The translations under genes were made by a program, and so were the position numbers. A stretch of DNA of 64,000 nucleotides from NCBI GenBank assembly GCA_963422735.1, contig OY730476.1, positions 1,984,001-2,048,000 of the forward strand, in the 5' to 3' direction. The stretch comes from Candidatus Latescibacterota bacterium (GTDB lineage: Bacteria > Latescibacterota > UBA2968 > UBA8231). The notes beneath the pieces were generated by a model. It did not search any database. It worked only from the letters and a program-made list of their open reading frames with translations, and had not been told where the DNA came from. Below are positions 9,244-18,811 of this stretch, in pieces. Within the stretch, counting starts at the first letter, position 1. Each line of letters starts with the position of its first letter.

Positions 9244-9720
9244 TTACCTGAACAAGTCCTTTACCTTGCCCCAAGTACTTTCGTCCACTTCTGTAGCCAA
9301 GGGTTGCAGCAGGTCTTGCCCTAGGCCGGCCAAGTACAAAGCACCCTCGGGGTTTATGGCTGCAAAATAATCCCCGTCGGCGTCCAGCCGCACTTTGATG
9401 TACGCGGGCACCTCCGGGGACTGTGCGGCCATCGCGACCGACCACAGGGTCAGCCCCTCAACCGCCGGTACTTGCCCGTCGCGGGCAATGGCGACAAACC
9501 GCTGCGCTGCATCCTGTGTGCGTTTTACCTCGCCCTTTAGGCGAGACCACTGCTCCCATAGCCATAAGACCCGCTGGCGCTGCGGGGCCTCATCGTACGA
9601 GAATACGTAGAATACGCGGCTGTCTTCCGGCAGGGCCTGGATCTCGCCGCTGCCAACTTCACTCGCTGCGACCAGCAGCAGGACCAAGCCCGTCGCCCAT
9701 GTCGTTCGTAGTGCGTTCAT
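9244..9720 (-). CDS. Small secreted protein with C-terminal TWGKVK motif
   Basis: Signal peptide; ends ATEVDESTWGKVKDLFR; 4-7 bp gaps to neighbours. Confidence 0.7.
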   Translation of the reverse strand: MNALRTTWATGLVLLLVAASEVGSGEIQALPEDSRVFYVFSYDEAPQRQRVLWLWEQWSRLKGEVKRTQDAAQRFVAIARDGQVPAVEGLTLWSVAMAAQSPEVPAYIKVRLDADGDYFAAINPEGALYLAGLGQDLLQPLATEVDESTWGKVKDLFR

Positions 9721-9727
9721 ATCTACC

Positions 9728-10795
9728 TTATTCGGCGCGAATTCCGCAGTCCTTTTGCACGGCGTCTTTCCCTTGGAGAACCCTCACCAGCGACAGGTGT
9801 TGGCTAAGCACCTGTTCGACTTGCACGACGCCGACCCGACGCGGCAGGGACATTCCCAACACCTTGCCGGTATCTGGGTCTTTCAGTTCCCGCCCTTTGT
9901 CCCACACGCCGTACTTGTTGCCTTTCTGCACGGAGTCGGCTAATCCCACGTTAATATAGGCACTCAACCGCACTCGCACAGATTGGCCGTTCTGCACTGT
10001 ATCAGCCACCACCTCTATGATTTTCGGCTCGGAGACCCTGAGTGCGGCCGGCGGTTGGATGAGGCTATCCAGCCCGGCGGCCAAGTGGTCCAGACATCGG
10101 CTCACCGACTTGCCCAGCAAGGTTTGGTGGAATTCCTCGCTGCCCCACTCCATCTGCCCCAAGAGGAAGTACTCCTTTTCCAGCGGCACGTAGGCCGCCG
10201 GGTTGGTGATCCCATAGCGCTTGCTATCCTCAGCTATTTCCCGTATCACCTCGCCGGCTGCTTCCCCGTCTATGACCTTATAGGGATATAGCTGCACTGT
10301 GGTCAGGCCCTGATAGCTCCGGTAGCCGCCGATGGGCACGGTGGCGCGGAAGCGCTTCATGCTCATCTCGTCGATCTGCCCCAAGACGACGTAGTCGGCG
10401 TCCACTTCGCGGCCAATAGCCAAGGCGCGCTCGACATCGAGCTTGCCTTGCAATTCTTTCTTTTTTAATCGCACGAGTGCCGAATCAATGGACATGGTGC
10501 TGAAAAAGGCACTGCCACTCAGCGAATCGGCCAAGCCACGGGGCATGGCCGAGTATACGTCCCACTCGCCCTTGTATTTCGACTTGTCGCGAAAGGGCAT
10601 GAAGAGCAGCCGCTGCTTCAGATCCTCCGAGATGGTGCTGTCGCTGACCACCAGCTCCTTTGAGGCCTCCTCCTCTTCTTTTTGCTCCCCCAACCCCATA
10701 ATCGGTACCACAGTCGCCCCCCCGTCTGCCCCCCAGTACAGCGCGGCCAACAAAGCGAATCCCCCCCGCAAAAACCACCTGTGTCTATCGGACAT
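9728..10795 (-). CDS. CsgG/TolB-N-like protein with FlgT C-terminal-like domain
   Basis: Start MSDRHRW overlaps the larA stop; GREVDADYVVLGQI and YINVG...KDPDTGKVLG motifs. Confidence 0.65.
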   Translation of the reverse strand: MSDRHRWFLRGGFALLAALYWGADGGATVVPIMGLGEQKEEEEASKELVVSDSTISEDLKQRLLFMPFRDKSKYKGEWDVYSAMPRGLADSLSGSAFFSTMSIDSALVRLKKKELQGKLDVERALAIGREVDADYVVLGQIDEMSMKRFRATVPIGGYRSYQGLTTVQLYPYKVIDGEAAGEVIREIAEDSKRYGITNPAAYVPLEKEYFLLGQMEWGSEEFHQTLLGKSVSRCLDHLAAGLDSLIQPPAALRVSEPKIIEVVADTVQNGQSVRVRLSAYINVGLADSVQKGNKYGVWDKGRELKDPDTGKVLGMSLPRRVGVVQVEQVLSQHLSLVRVLQGKDAVQKDCGIRAE

Positions 10796-12069
10796 CAGTG
10801 CTCTCCTTTGGTTTGCGTGAGTACGTAAGGCCCTTGCGGCACGACCGCTATGCGCGCCCCGGCCCCGTGCCGCGCCAGCGCGGCGGCTATCCCTTGCTCC
10901 ACAGAGGAAATGACCTCGACCCACACCTTGTCGCGGTACTGAGGATCAACGCCCTCCGAGTAGAACATGACCTCGGCCTTGTCGAGAACCTTGCACAACT
11001 CTTGCAACTGCCATTGGTCGATGGCAAAGAAATCGGGATCCGCAAGGCGAACCGCGAATTCGGCGGCATCGGATGCGCCGAGCAGCATCTCCACAAATTC
11101 CGGGCTGCCCAAGCCCTCGGCACAGCGAGCGGCAATGAGGATCGTCCCGCCCTCTTTGACGATGGGCAACACCGCCGTCAGGCCCTTGACGGCTTGGTAA
11201 AACGTCAGGTCGAGCGGCCAGCCGGCACTGCTGGTGAGCGCGATGTCAACCGGCTCGTCAACCAAGACGCCGTTCTGCTGCTCAACGAAGCGGGCCCCTT
11301 CGGCATGGGCCTTCTCTAGGTCGCCGCAGAACAGGCCGGTGATTTGCCGCCAGTCGTTCATAGCCACATTAAATGTAAAATCAACGCCAGCGTGCTGCGC
11401 CACTTCGAGGGCTTGGCGGTGAAAAGGGTTGCCTTCAATGGAACCTTCGCACACCCGGGGGTGGGCCAACAGCTCGGGGCCGTGCAGGACGCGCATCGTC
11501 TCAATACCCATCAATCCTGGGCAGATGGCCTTGCGACCGCCCGAATACCCAGCCATTAAGTGCGGCTCGATCAGCGAGGTGGCGATTTTTAAGTCGGCCT
11601 CCACGTAGAGCGCGGCGATCCATATTGGGGCACCGCCCGAAGTTTCCCCTAGATACGTCAGGGTCTCGCGGCGACGGGCGGTGTGGTTGACGATGCGATA
11701 GTTGCGGGCGATGTCGGCCCCGACGAGCTGTACCAATTCCTCGCCTTCGTTGGGCCGATGTAGGCCGGTGCCAATCAATATGGTAATATCCTCGCGGGCG
11801 ATGCCTTCCTCTTCGAGAATCCGCAGCATCGGTGGCAAAAGGATGGCGTTGGGGACCGGGCGAGTAATATCGGCAATGACTACGCAGGCGTTTTTGCGCC
11901 CTCGCGCCAGCCGCCGCAAGGACTGAGCCCCTATCGGGTGGGCCAGCGCGCGATTGATCCGCTCCTCGATCCGGTCGAGCCCCTCACTTGGGACCATCTG
12001 CAATACCTCGGCCGAGTCGGGCACTTCGGTTTCGAGGCCGTCGCGGCCATAGTCGAGCTTTATCTTCAT
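10795..12069 (-). CDS. larA: Nickel-pincer-dependent lactate racemase (LarA) family protein
   Basis: DITRPVP, GTGLHR, IEPHLMAGYSGGRK, DLTFYQAVKG motifs. Confidence 0.88.
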   Translation of the reverse strand: MKIKLDYGRDGLETEVPDSAEVLQMVPSEGLDRIEERINRALAHPIGAQSLRRLARGRKNACVVIADITRPVPNAILLPPMLRILEEEGIAREDITILIGTGLHRPNEGEELVQLVGADIARNYRIVNHTARRRETLTYLGETSGGAPIWIAALYVEADLKIATSLIEPHLMAGYSGGRKAICPGLMGIETMRVLHGPELLAHPRVCEGSIEGNPFHRQALEVAQHAGVDFTFNVAMNDWRQITGLFCGDLEKAHAEGARFVEQQNGVLVDEPVDIALTSSAGWPLDLTFYQAVKGLTAVLPIVKEGGTILIAARCAEGLGSPEFVEMLLGASDAAEFAVRLADPDFFAIDQWQLQELCKVLDKAEVMFYSEGVDPQYRDKVWVEVISSVEQGIAAALARHGAGARIAVVPQGPYVLTQTKGEH

Positions 12070-12078
12070 TGTGTGTGC

Positions 12079-12948
12079 CTAGGCCAATTTGCCATTGAGG
12101 TACGCGCGAAACGCCGCGCCGAACTCCCGGTCGGCTAAGGCGAAATCCGCGAAGGCCCGATAGTATGTGAGCGGCGTTCCTATGTCGTAGCGCACCTCAT
12201 CGCTCGCAAGGCGTATGCAGCGGATCTCAGCCCCGCGCTGGATTAGGACGCGGATGGCATCGGTCAACCACAACTCGCCGCCAACCCCAGGCTCAATCTC
12301 GTCAATGGCGGCGAAAATCTCCGGCGAAAAAATATAGCGGGCCGCAACCGCAAGACAACTCGGCGCGGCTTCCACCGACGGTTTTTCAACAATATCGGCG
12401 ATGGCAAAGTCGTCGCCGGCCTCGCCTTGCGGTGTGACGACTCCGTACTTGTAGGTCTCCTCGCGCGGCACTTGCCATACGGCAATGGTGGCGGCCACAC
12501 CCCGTTGGACATGCGACTCTATCATCCGGCCGACCACGCCTGGCACTCGCGGCGAGGCGATGATCGTGTCGCCGAACCCCACCACGAACGACTCGTCACC
12601 CACGAATTCCCGCGCCTGCCGCACGGCATCGGCATTGCCAGCCGGCCGTCGCTGCCGCACATAGTAGAATTCAACGCCCTCGGCCGCGTAGTCAACCTCT
12701 CCAATCGCGCTATCGCCCAAGCGCGCCGCGAGCTCGGGATCGTCGTCGAAGTGATCCTCAATCGAGCGCTTCTTGCGGCCCGTTACAAAGAGAAACTTGT
12801 CCAACCCCTGCTCTATCATCTCCTCAACCACGTACTGCACGACTGGCTTGCAACCAACGGGCAGCATCTCCTTGGGTTGGGACTTGGTCGCCGGCAGCAG
12901 GCGAGTGCCCAAACCCGCTACGGGGAATACGGCTTTGCGAATTGGCAC
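12079..12948 (-). CDS. galU: UTP-glucose-1-phosphate uridylyltransferase
   Basis: KAVFPVAGLGTRLLPATKSQPKEMLP, IVEKP, RYDIG. Confidence 0.88.
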   Translation of the reverse strand: MPIRKAVFPVAGLGTRLLPATKSQPKEMLPVGCKPVVQYVVEEMIEQGLDKFLFVTGRKKRSIEDHFDDDPELAARLGDSAIGEVDYAAEGVEFYYVRQRRPAGNADAVRQAREFVGDESFVVGFGDTIIASPRVPGVVGRMIESHVQRGVAATIAVWQVPREETYKYGVVTPQGEAGDDFAIADIVEKPSVEAAPSCLAVAARYIFSPEIFAAIDEIEPGVGGELWLTDAIRVLIQRGAEIRCIRLASDEVRYDIGTPLTYYRAFADFALADREFGAAFRAYLNGKLA

Positions 12949-13070
12949 GGTTTCTTTTTATTTTAAGTTTAAGAGAATCAAGGACATAACCATAAAATAG
13001 CACCTAGTGAAAATAGGGCGTAAAAGGTGCTAAATCAAGCCCGGCCTGCCCTCTCTGCGCCACCAACCTC

Positions 13071-14120
13071 ATGTTCGACTTGGCCCCAACTCGCCTGCGC
13101 ACCTTCGTCGAAGCGTTTCCCTCACTACGCATTGGCGTAGTCGGCGACTTTTTCCTCGACTCCTACCTCAAATGCGACCCGGCCCTCGACGAAAAGTCGC
13201 TGGAGACCCGCAAGACCTGCTATCAGGTGATCGGCTACCGCCGCCAACCTGGGGCCGCCGGCAATGTCGCCGCCAACTTGCGCGCCCTCGGCGTGGGTGC
13301 GGTCGAGGCCGTGGGCTATTGCGGCGACGACGGCGAAGGCTACGAACTGCGGCGAGCCATGCGCCGACTGGGCTTAGACTTGACGGGCTTGCTCACTGCT
13401 CCGGGTCGCTTGACCCCGACCTATAACAAGCCCTATTACGCCGCTAGCAGCCATCGCGACCGACCCGTCATCGAGGAACTGGAGCGGCTCGATGTCAAAA
13501 ACCGATGCCCGACCCCTACCAGCCTCCAGCGCGATCTCATTGACCACATCCGCCAGCGCCTGAGCCACTGGGACGGGATCGCGCTCATCGACCAAGTCGC
13601 CGAAACCAATTGCGGCGTCCTCACCACGCACGTGCGCCGCGCCATCGCCGCTGCGCTCGGCCCTCAGCCCAAGCTCGTGGCCCTCGCCGATTCGCGTACG
13701 CGCATCGGACTCTTTAAGCACGCCATCCTCAAGCCCAACCAGCGCGAAGCTTGGGCCGCGCTCGGCGGCCAAGGGAGCTTGTCGCTCAGGGCAGCGCACC
13801 ACCACGCCCACGTGCTCAGCAACCGGACGGGTCGCCCGGTGTTTCTAACGCTTGGCAATAGGGGGATACTCGTAGCCGACTACAACGCGGTCGAGCACGT
13901 GCCGGCCGTGTGCCTCACCGCACCCGTTGACTCGGTCGGTGCCGGGGACACGTGTGCGGCCACCCTCTGCGCGGCCTTGGCGGCCGGTGCCGGACTGACG
14001 GAAGCGGCGGCTGTAGCCTGCTTGGCCGCGTCAATTACCATTCAGCAGCTCGGCACGACCGGCACGGCCTCGCCAACCGAGCTGCGCCTCCGCTTGCATC
14101 AGTTGCGTCAGGATGCGTAG
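13071..14120 (+). CDS. PfkB-family sugar kinase (HldE/RfaE kinase domain-like)
   Basis: VVGDFFLD, PGAAGNVAANL, KPNQREA, DSVGAGD. Confidence 0.85.
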   Translation: MFDLAPTRLRTFVEAFPSLRIGVVGDFFLDSYLKCDPALDEKSLETRKTCYQVIGYRRQPGAAGNVAANLRALGVGAVEAVGYCGDDGEGYELRRAMRRLGLDLTGLLTAPGRLTPTYNKPYYAASSHRDRPVIEELERLDVKNRCPTPTSLQRDLIDHIRQRLSHWDGIALIDQVAETNCGVLTTHVRRAIAAALGPQPKLVALADSRTRIGLFKHAILKPNQREAWAALGGQGSLSLRAAHHHAHVLSNRTGRPVFLTLGNRGILVADYNAVEHVPAVCLTAPVDSVGAGDTCAATLCAALAAGAGLTEAAAVACLAASITIQQLGTTGTASPTELRLRLHQLRQDA

Positions 14121-15946
14121 GTCTGTTCGACAATCGTGCGATTCCGCTCGACGATCGCCTTGGGCACGATCTTCTTCAGGCCCTTGGTCAAGGTCCCAGC
14201 GGCCTCGCTCAGCGGCTCGGGCAAGAGCGCGACGCGCTGCGGCCGCTGGTAGCTCGGCAAGCCGGCAGCCGTAGCCTCGGCGAGAAACCCCTCACGGATC
14301 TGCTCGCCCAAGCTCAGATGCGTACGCAGGGCGTCTTCGTCTTCCAGCGGCAACCCGTCAATGCCGCTCTTTTTTGCCTCCTCCACATCCACCGTCACCA
14401 ATGGCAGCGGGTAGTCGCGCTGCTGGTCACCGTACACGAGCACGTGCTCGACTAGAGGCACCCGGGCGAAAATCCGCTCTAGGGCTTCGGGATTGACAAA
14501 CTCGCCGTTGCGCAGCTTGAACTGCCGGCCAACCCGCCCGTGGAACATGAGAAACCCCTCTTCGTCCATGCTGAACAAGTCGCCGGTCCGATACCAGACC
14601 TGGCCGCCCTCCTCCACTAGCACCTGCTCGGTCTGCTCGGGGTCGTGCAAATACCCGCGCATGACATTGGGGCCGCTGGTCCACAGCTCCCCTACTTGGT
14701 CGCCACTAGGCCGACACTCGGCCTGCGCTGGATCGTTGTACCCGAGTTCCGACCCGTCTTCGGCCACGATCTTTACTGCCTGCAACGGCCTTCCCACCGT
14801 GCCGCTTTTGCGCCCGCCGAGATGATTGGCGGCAATCAGCGGCGCGCACTCGGTCGTGCCGTAGCCCTCGTACGTGGTGATGTCGAGCACGTGGTGAAAG
14901 AAGTCCAACGCCTTGGGATCGGCCTTGGCCGAGCCGACGATTAAAAGCTCTAGATGAGGCCCAACCCGCGTGGCGAGCTGAGCGCGAATTTTGCCGATGA
15001 TAGAACGACCTATCGCAGCCAAAAATAGCTTGTCGCCTAGGCCAGCCCGACCGCATGCCAACCGCTCCTTGGCTGCAACCGAGTGCTGGATCAAGACCCC
15101 CTTGACGCCGCCAGCGTCGATTTCCTTTCGCACATTGCCATACACTTTGTCGAGTACCAGCGGCACAGTGAGGAAGCCTTCCGGCTCTGAGAGGCGAATG
15201 TCGCTGAGGACGCGGTCGGGCGAGCGCGCCAAGTCCAAAGTCCACCCCTTGGCCAAGGGATAGTAGATGTTGAGAATCCCCATGGAGTGATAGTCGGGCG
15301 CGGACTTGAACATACGGAGTGGTTGGCACTTGCTAATCACGTCCCAAACCTCTTCGATGTTGGCGACGATGTTGGCGTGGGTTTGGATCACGCCCTTGGG
15401 CAGGCCGGACGAACCCGAGGTATAGAGAATTTTCGATTCGTCTTCCGGCAGTACCTCAACCTCCGGCACGGCCGCGCTGCTCTCCGCCAGCTTTTCCCAA
15501 GGGATCGCGTCCTCGGCCTGACCTTCGGTCAACGCGACTTGCGGCGGCTTGTCCAGCCGCTCCCGGACGGCACCAAACCGCTCGTAGCCCTTGCGATCCA
15601 CGACCAGCAATTCAACCGCAGAGTGCGCGATGCTGTGGGCGAGCACCTCGTCAGGCGACTGAATGCACAGCGGCACCGCGCTGACCCCGATGCAGTCGGT
15701 CGCCAAAAAAATTAAGAGCGGCTCGCTGCCGCCATCGGTGAGGATGCCTACGCGCTGGCCCTTGGCCAAGCCCTGCGCCGCGAGGCCAGCCGCGAGCTGA
15801 TCGCGGCGGCTTTTGAGCTCGGCATAAGTCACAGGCTGGTAGCTCAATGCGCGGCTACCCTCTACGGGCTTGAGTTCGCGAATGGCCGTCTGTTCGGCAT
15901 AGGTTGCGAAGCTATGGTTGAGTAGATCCTTCAGCGTTTTTCCCAT
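14108..15946 (-). CDS. Long-chain fatty acid-CoA ligase (AMP-binding)
   Basis: YTSGSSGLPKGV, EGYGTTE, YRTGD motifs; start placed at MGKTL. Confidence 0.88.
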   Translation of the reverse strand: MGKTLKDLLNHSFATYAEQTAIRELKPVEGSRALSYQPVTYAELKSRRDQLAAGLAAQGLAKGQRVGILTDGGSEPLLIFLATDCIGVSAVPLCIQSPDEVLAHSIAHSAVELLVVDRKGYERFGAVRERLDKPPQVALTEGQAEDAIPWEKLAESSAAVPEVEVLPEDESKILYTSGSSGLPKGVIQTHANIVANIEEVWDVISKCQPLRMFKSAPDYHSMGILNIYYPLAKGWTLDLARSPDRVLSDIRLSEPEGFLTVPLVLDKVYGNVRKEIDAGGVKGVLIQHSVAAKERLACGRAGLGDKLFLAAIGRSIIGKIRAQLATRVGPHLELLIVGSAKADPKALDFFHHVLDITTYEGYGTTECAPLIAANHLGGRKSGTVGRPLQAVKIVAEDGSELGYNDPAQAECRPSGDQVGELWTSGPNVMRGYLHDPEQTEQVLVEEGGQVWYRTGDLFSMDEEGFLMFHGRVGRQFKLRNGEFVNPEALERIFARVPLVEHVLVYGDQQRDYPLPLVTVDVEEAKKSGIDGLPLEDEDALRTHLSLGEQIREGFLAEATAAGLPSYQRPQRVALLPEPLSEAAGTLTKGLKKIVPKAIVERNRTIVEQTYAS

Positions 15947-16050
15947 CGCAAGCCTCTTTCCGGTGATTTGTATCGTTTTCCTTTGCGGCGCGCAAAAGGG
16001 CCGCTCTAGCCATTGCACACGCGGCCCGGCGACCGCATCTTCCCTTACTT

Positions 16051-17679
16051 ATGAACTCTCGCTGCAACCGCGCCTTGGTTTTGCTGCTCTTGGCCTACCC
16101 AGTCGCTTCCTCCGCTCAGCCCTCGGTGGCCATGTTCGGCTACTCGCTCAGCATGGGCAGCGTCTCCGTTGACCAAGAGCAGCTATATCGCCTTAGCCTC
16201 CGGCCCGACTTCCCCTTGGGCCGCTTGGGCATTGGCCTCGACTTAGAGATCTTTATCGAGCGCAATGGCGACTTCGGCTCCCGCGGCTGGGAGGCTGGCT
16301 CGCCAACCCAAACCTTCGACTCGATCTTGCGCAAGATCTACTACGTGCGCTATGGGCGCCCCAACGACGCGGTTTATGTCAAAATCGGCGCACTCGACGA
16401 CGTGACGCTGGGATACGGCCTCATTATGGACAGCTACCGCAATACCCTGCACTATCCAGGGATCAAGAAAACCGGCCTCCAGTTTCGCATCGCCAATCTC
16501 GCCGGCACTAATATCGGACTCGAAGGAGCGATCAACAACCTGCAAGACTTCCAAGAGGGTGGCGCACTCATTGGGCTGCGAGCCTTTGGATACGCCGCCG
16601 GCCTCGAGCTGGGCTTGACCTTTGTGGCCGATCTCGACCAGTACAGCGGCCTGCGCGACAGCGATTCCGATGGCGTACCCGACCCCATTGATGCCTTCCC
16701 GGACGATGGCGACTTCGCCCTCGACAACGACGACGACGGCGTACCCGACCACAGCGACAGCGACGACGACAACGACGGCATCATAGACGCCGACTCCGGT
16801 AGCGGTCTCTCCGCCGATATTGCCTCCGCCCTGTTGGGGATCAACGCCAATTACGGCGACGCCTTCCCAGTGGACCAAAACGTGGACCGCCACAAGCCCT
16901 TCAATAGAAACCGCGTTGGCCGCGACTTCTTTTCGATCTTGGGCGTGGACGCAAGCTACCCGCTCATCCGCGACCTAGGCATAGAGCTCAAGCTCTACGG
17001 CCAATTCGCCCTACTGCTCGACGACGACGACGCCCTCTCCAGCTTCGAGGCGCAACAGCAGGGGGTTTTCCCTATCAATCGCCAAGCGAACGGGTTCGGG
17101 ATCGCCGCCCCGGGCCTGTGGCTGGCTTTAGGCCCGCTCAACGGCCAACTAGATTTCCGCCACTTTCGCCGCGATTTCGACTCGCGCTACTTCGACGAGT
17201 TGTACGAACTCGACCGCGCCCACCTCGACCTCACCACCGGACAGGCCCAATCCAAGGACGCACGGCTCGGCCACAGCGATAATCTATCTGGGATCTTCGG
17301 TCATTTGGGCACTGAACTCGGCTCGTACGCGTATGCCTCAGCCTCCTATCAGTACCTGAAGGGCACCAGCGACCCCAAACAGCAGCTCATCGCCAGCGCA
17401 TCCCTGTCGCGCAAACTGCTCAAATACTTCCCCCGCCTCAAGCGCGCGTACGCTTATTTTCACAAAAACAATATCGGCCGGAGCCTCAACGCAGACAGCA
17501 CCGGTAGGGACGGCTTCTTCGAGCCGAGCGAGGACACCTTCTATGGCTTTGACATTGGACTGAACATGAAAGAAGGCACATCCGTGCGTTGGGATACTCG
17601 CTTCATCTTTGAGCGCACCGCTAATCGGCGCTTACAGCGCCACAAAATTATGACCCTCGAAACGGTGTTCGACTTTTAA
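16051..17679 (+). CDS. Putative outer-membrane beta-barrel protein with thrombospondin type 3-like Ca-binding repeats
   Basis: Signal peptide; alternating beta-strand pattern; terminal Phe; DSDSDGVPD / DNDDDGVPD / DDDNDGIID repeats. Confidence 0.7.
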   Translation: MNSRCNRALVLLLLAYPVASSAQPSVAMFGYSLSMGSVSVDQEQLYRLSLRPDFPLGRLGIGLDLEIFIERNGDFGSRGWEAGSPTQTFDSILRKIYYVRYGRPNDAVYVKIGALDDVTLGYGLIMDSYRNTLHYPGIKKTGLQFRIANLAGTNIGLEGAINNLQDFQEGGALIGLRAFGYAAGLELGLTFVADLDQYSGLRDSDSDGVPDPIDAFPDDGDFALDNDDDGVPDHSDSDDDNDGIIDADSGSGLSADIASALLGINANYGDAFPVDQNVDRHKPFNRNRVGRDFFSILGVDASYPLIRDLGIELKLYGQFALLLDDDDALSSFEAQQQGVFPINRQANGFGIAAPGLWLALGPLNGQLDFRHFRRDFDSRYFDELYELDRAHLDLTTGQAQSKDARLGHSDNLSGIFGHLGTELGSYAYASASYQYLKGTSDPKQQLIASASLSRKLLKYFPRLKRAYAYFHKNNIGRSLNADSTGRDGFFEPSEDTFYGFDIGLNMKEGTSVRWDTRFIFERTANRRLQRHKIMTLETVFDF

Positions 17680-17680
17680 T

Positions 17681-18793
17681 ATGAAAATCACTCGCGTATC
17701 CGCCCATTACCTGCGCCTACCCGACATCACCGCTCGCTGCGACGGCACACAGGACACCTGTCTGATCCAAATAGAAACCAACGCTGGTATCACCGGCTGG
17801 GGCGAAGTTGATTCGGCCCCCACTGTGGTCAAGGCCGTCGTCGAGGCCCCGCTCTCCCACCAGATTAGCAACGGCCTCGCCAACGCGTTAGAGGGCCTGG
17901 ACCCGCTGGCCATCGACGTATGCGGGGATCGCATGCTCGACGCGGCCAATTACTACGGCCGCGTCGGCGTGGGCATGCACGCCATGGCCGGCGTCAACCT
18001 CGCGCTGTGGGACATTGCGGGTAAAGCACACAATTGCCCGGCCTACAAGCTGCTCGGCGGTCCCTATCAAACCAGATTCCGCACGTATTGCTCCATCCTC
18101 TTCGGCGACACGCCGCAAGAGACCGGCGAACTGGCCCGCCGTTTTGCCGGCGAGGGATTCACGGCTATCAAGTTCGGCTGGGGACCCATGGGCCAAAACG
18201 AGGCAAACGACATCGCCTTGGTGCGCGAAGCACGGAAGGGGGCTGGGCCGGATGTGGACATCTTGGTGGACGCGGGGCAGGTATGGGACTGGAAGACCGG
18301 CTTCAAGCGCGCCGAGCAGTTCGCCGAGTACGGCATATTCTGGCTCGAAGAACCTTTGCACCCCGAGGATGTCGAGGGCTATGCTCATCTCTGCGAGCGC
18401 AGTCCGGTGCCCATCGCCGCGGGCGAGGCCGAGTCGCGCTATCAGGACTTTGAGCGGCTGCTCGTCAATGGCTGCATCGACTGGGTTCAGCCGGACCCAG
18501 GCCGCTGCGGGCTTTCGGCGATGGTCGAGGTCGGCCGCCTCGCTCACCGCCTGCATCGCAAGGTCGTCAACCACTCGTTCAAAAGCGGCATCACCATTGC
18601 AGCTTCCCTGCACGGACTTGCGGCAGTTCCCCACGGCGAGCTCTTTGAATACTGCATGGCCGACTCTCCTTTGCGCCACGACCTGACGCACGAAAAATTC
18701 GCGGTCGTCGATGGCTACGTTCACGTGCCGGAGGGGCCGGGCTTGGGTGTAACCATCAATGAAGAGATCGTAGAAAAGTACCTAGTGAATTAA
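17681..18793 (+). CDS. Mandelate racemase/muconate lactonizing enzyme family protein
   Basis: GITGWGE, ALWDIAGK, LVDAG, WLEEP, AAGE, PEGPGLG. Confidence 0.9.
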   Translation: MKITRVSAHYLRLPDITARCDGTQDTCLIQIETNAGITGWGEVDSAPTVVKAVVEAPLSHQISNGLANALEGLDPLAIDVCGDRMLDAANYYGRVGVGMHAMAGVNLALWDIAGKAHNCPAYKLLGGPYQTRFRTYCSILFGDTPQETGELARRFAGEGFTAIKFGWGPMGQNEANDIALVREARKGAGPDVDILVDAGQVWDWKTGFKRAEQFAEYGIFWLEEPLHPEDVEGYAHLCERSPVPIAAGEAESRYQDFERLLVNGCIDWVQPDPGRCGLSAMVEVGRLAHRLHRKVVNHSFKSGITIAASLHGLAAVPHGELFEYCMADSPLRHDLTHEKFAVVDGYVHVPEGPGLGVTINEEIVEKYLVN

Positions 18794-18811
18794 CCCAAGG
18801 GGTTTTCCACC

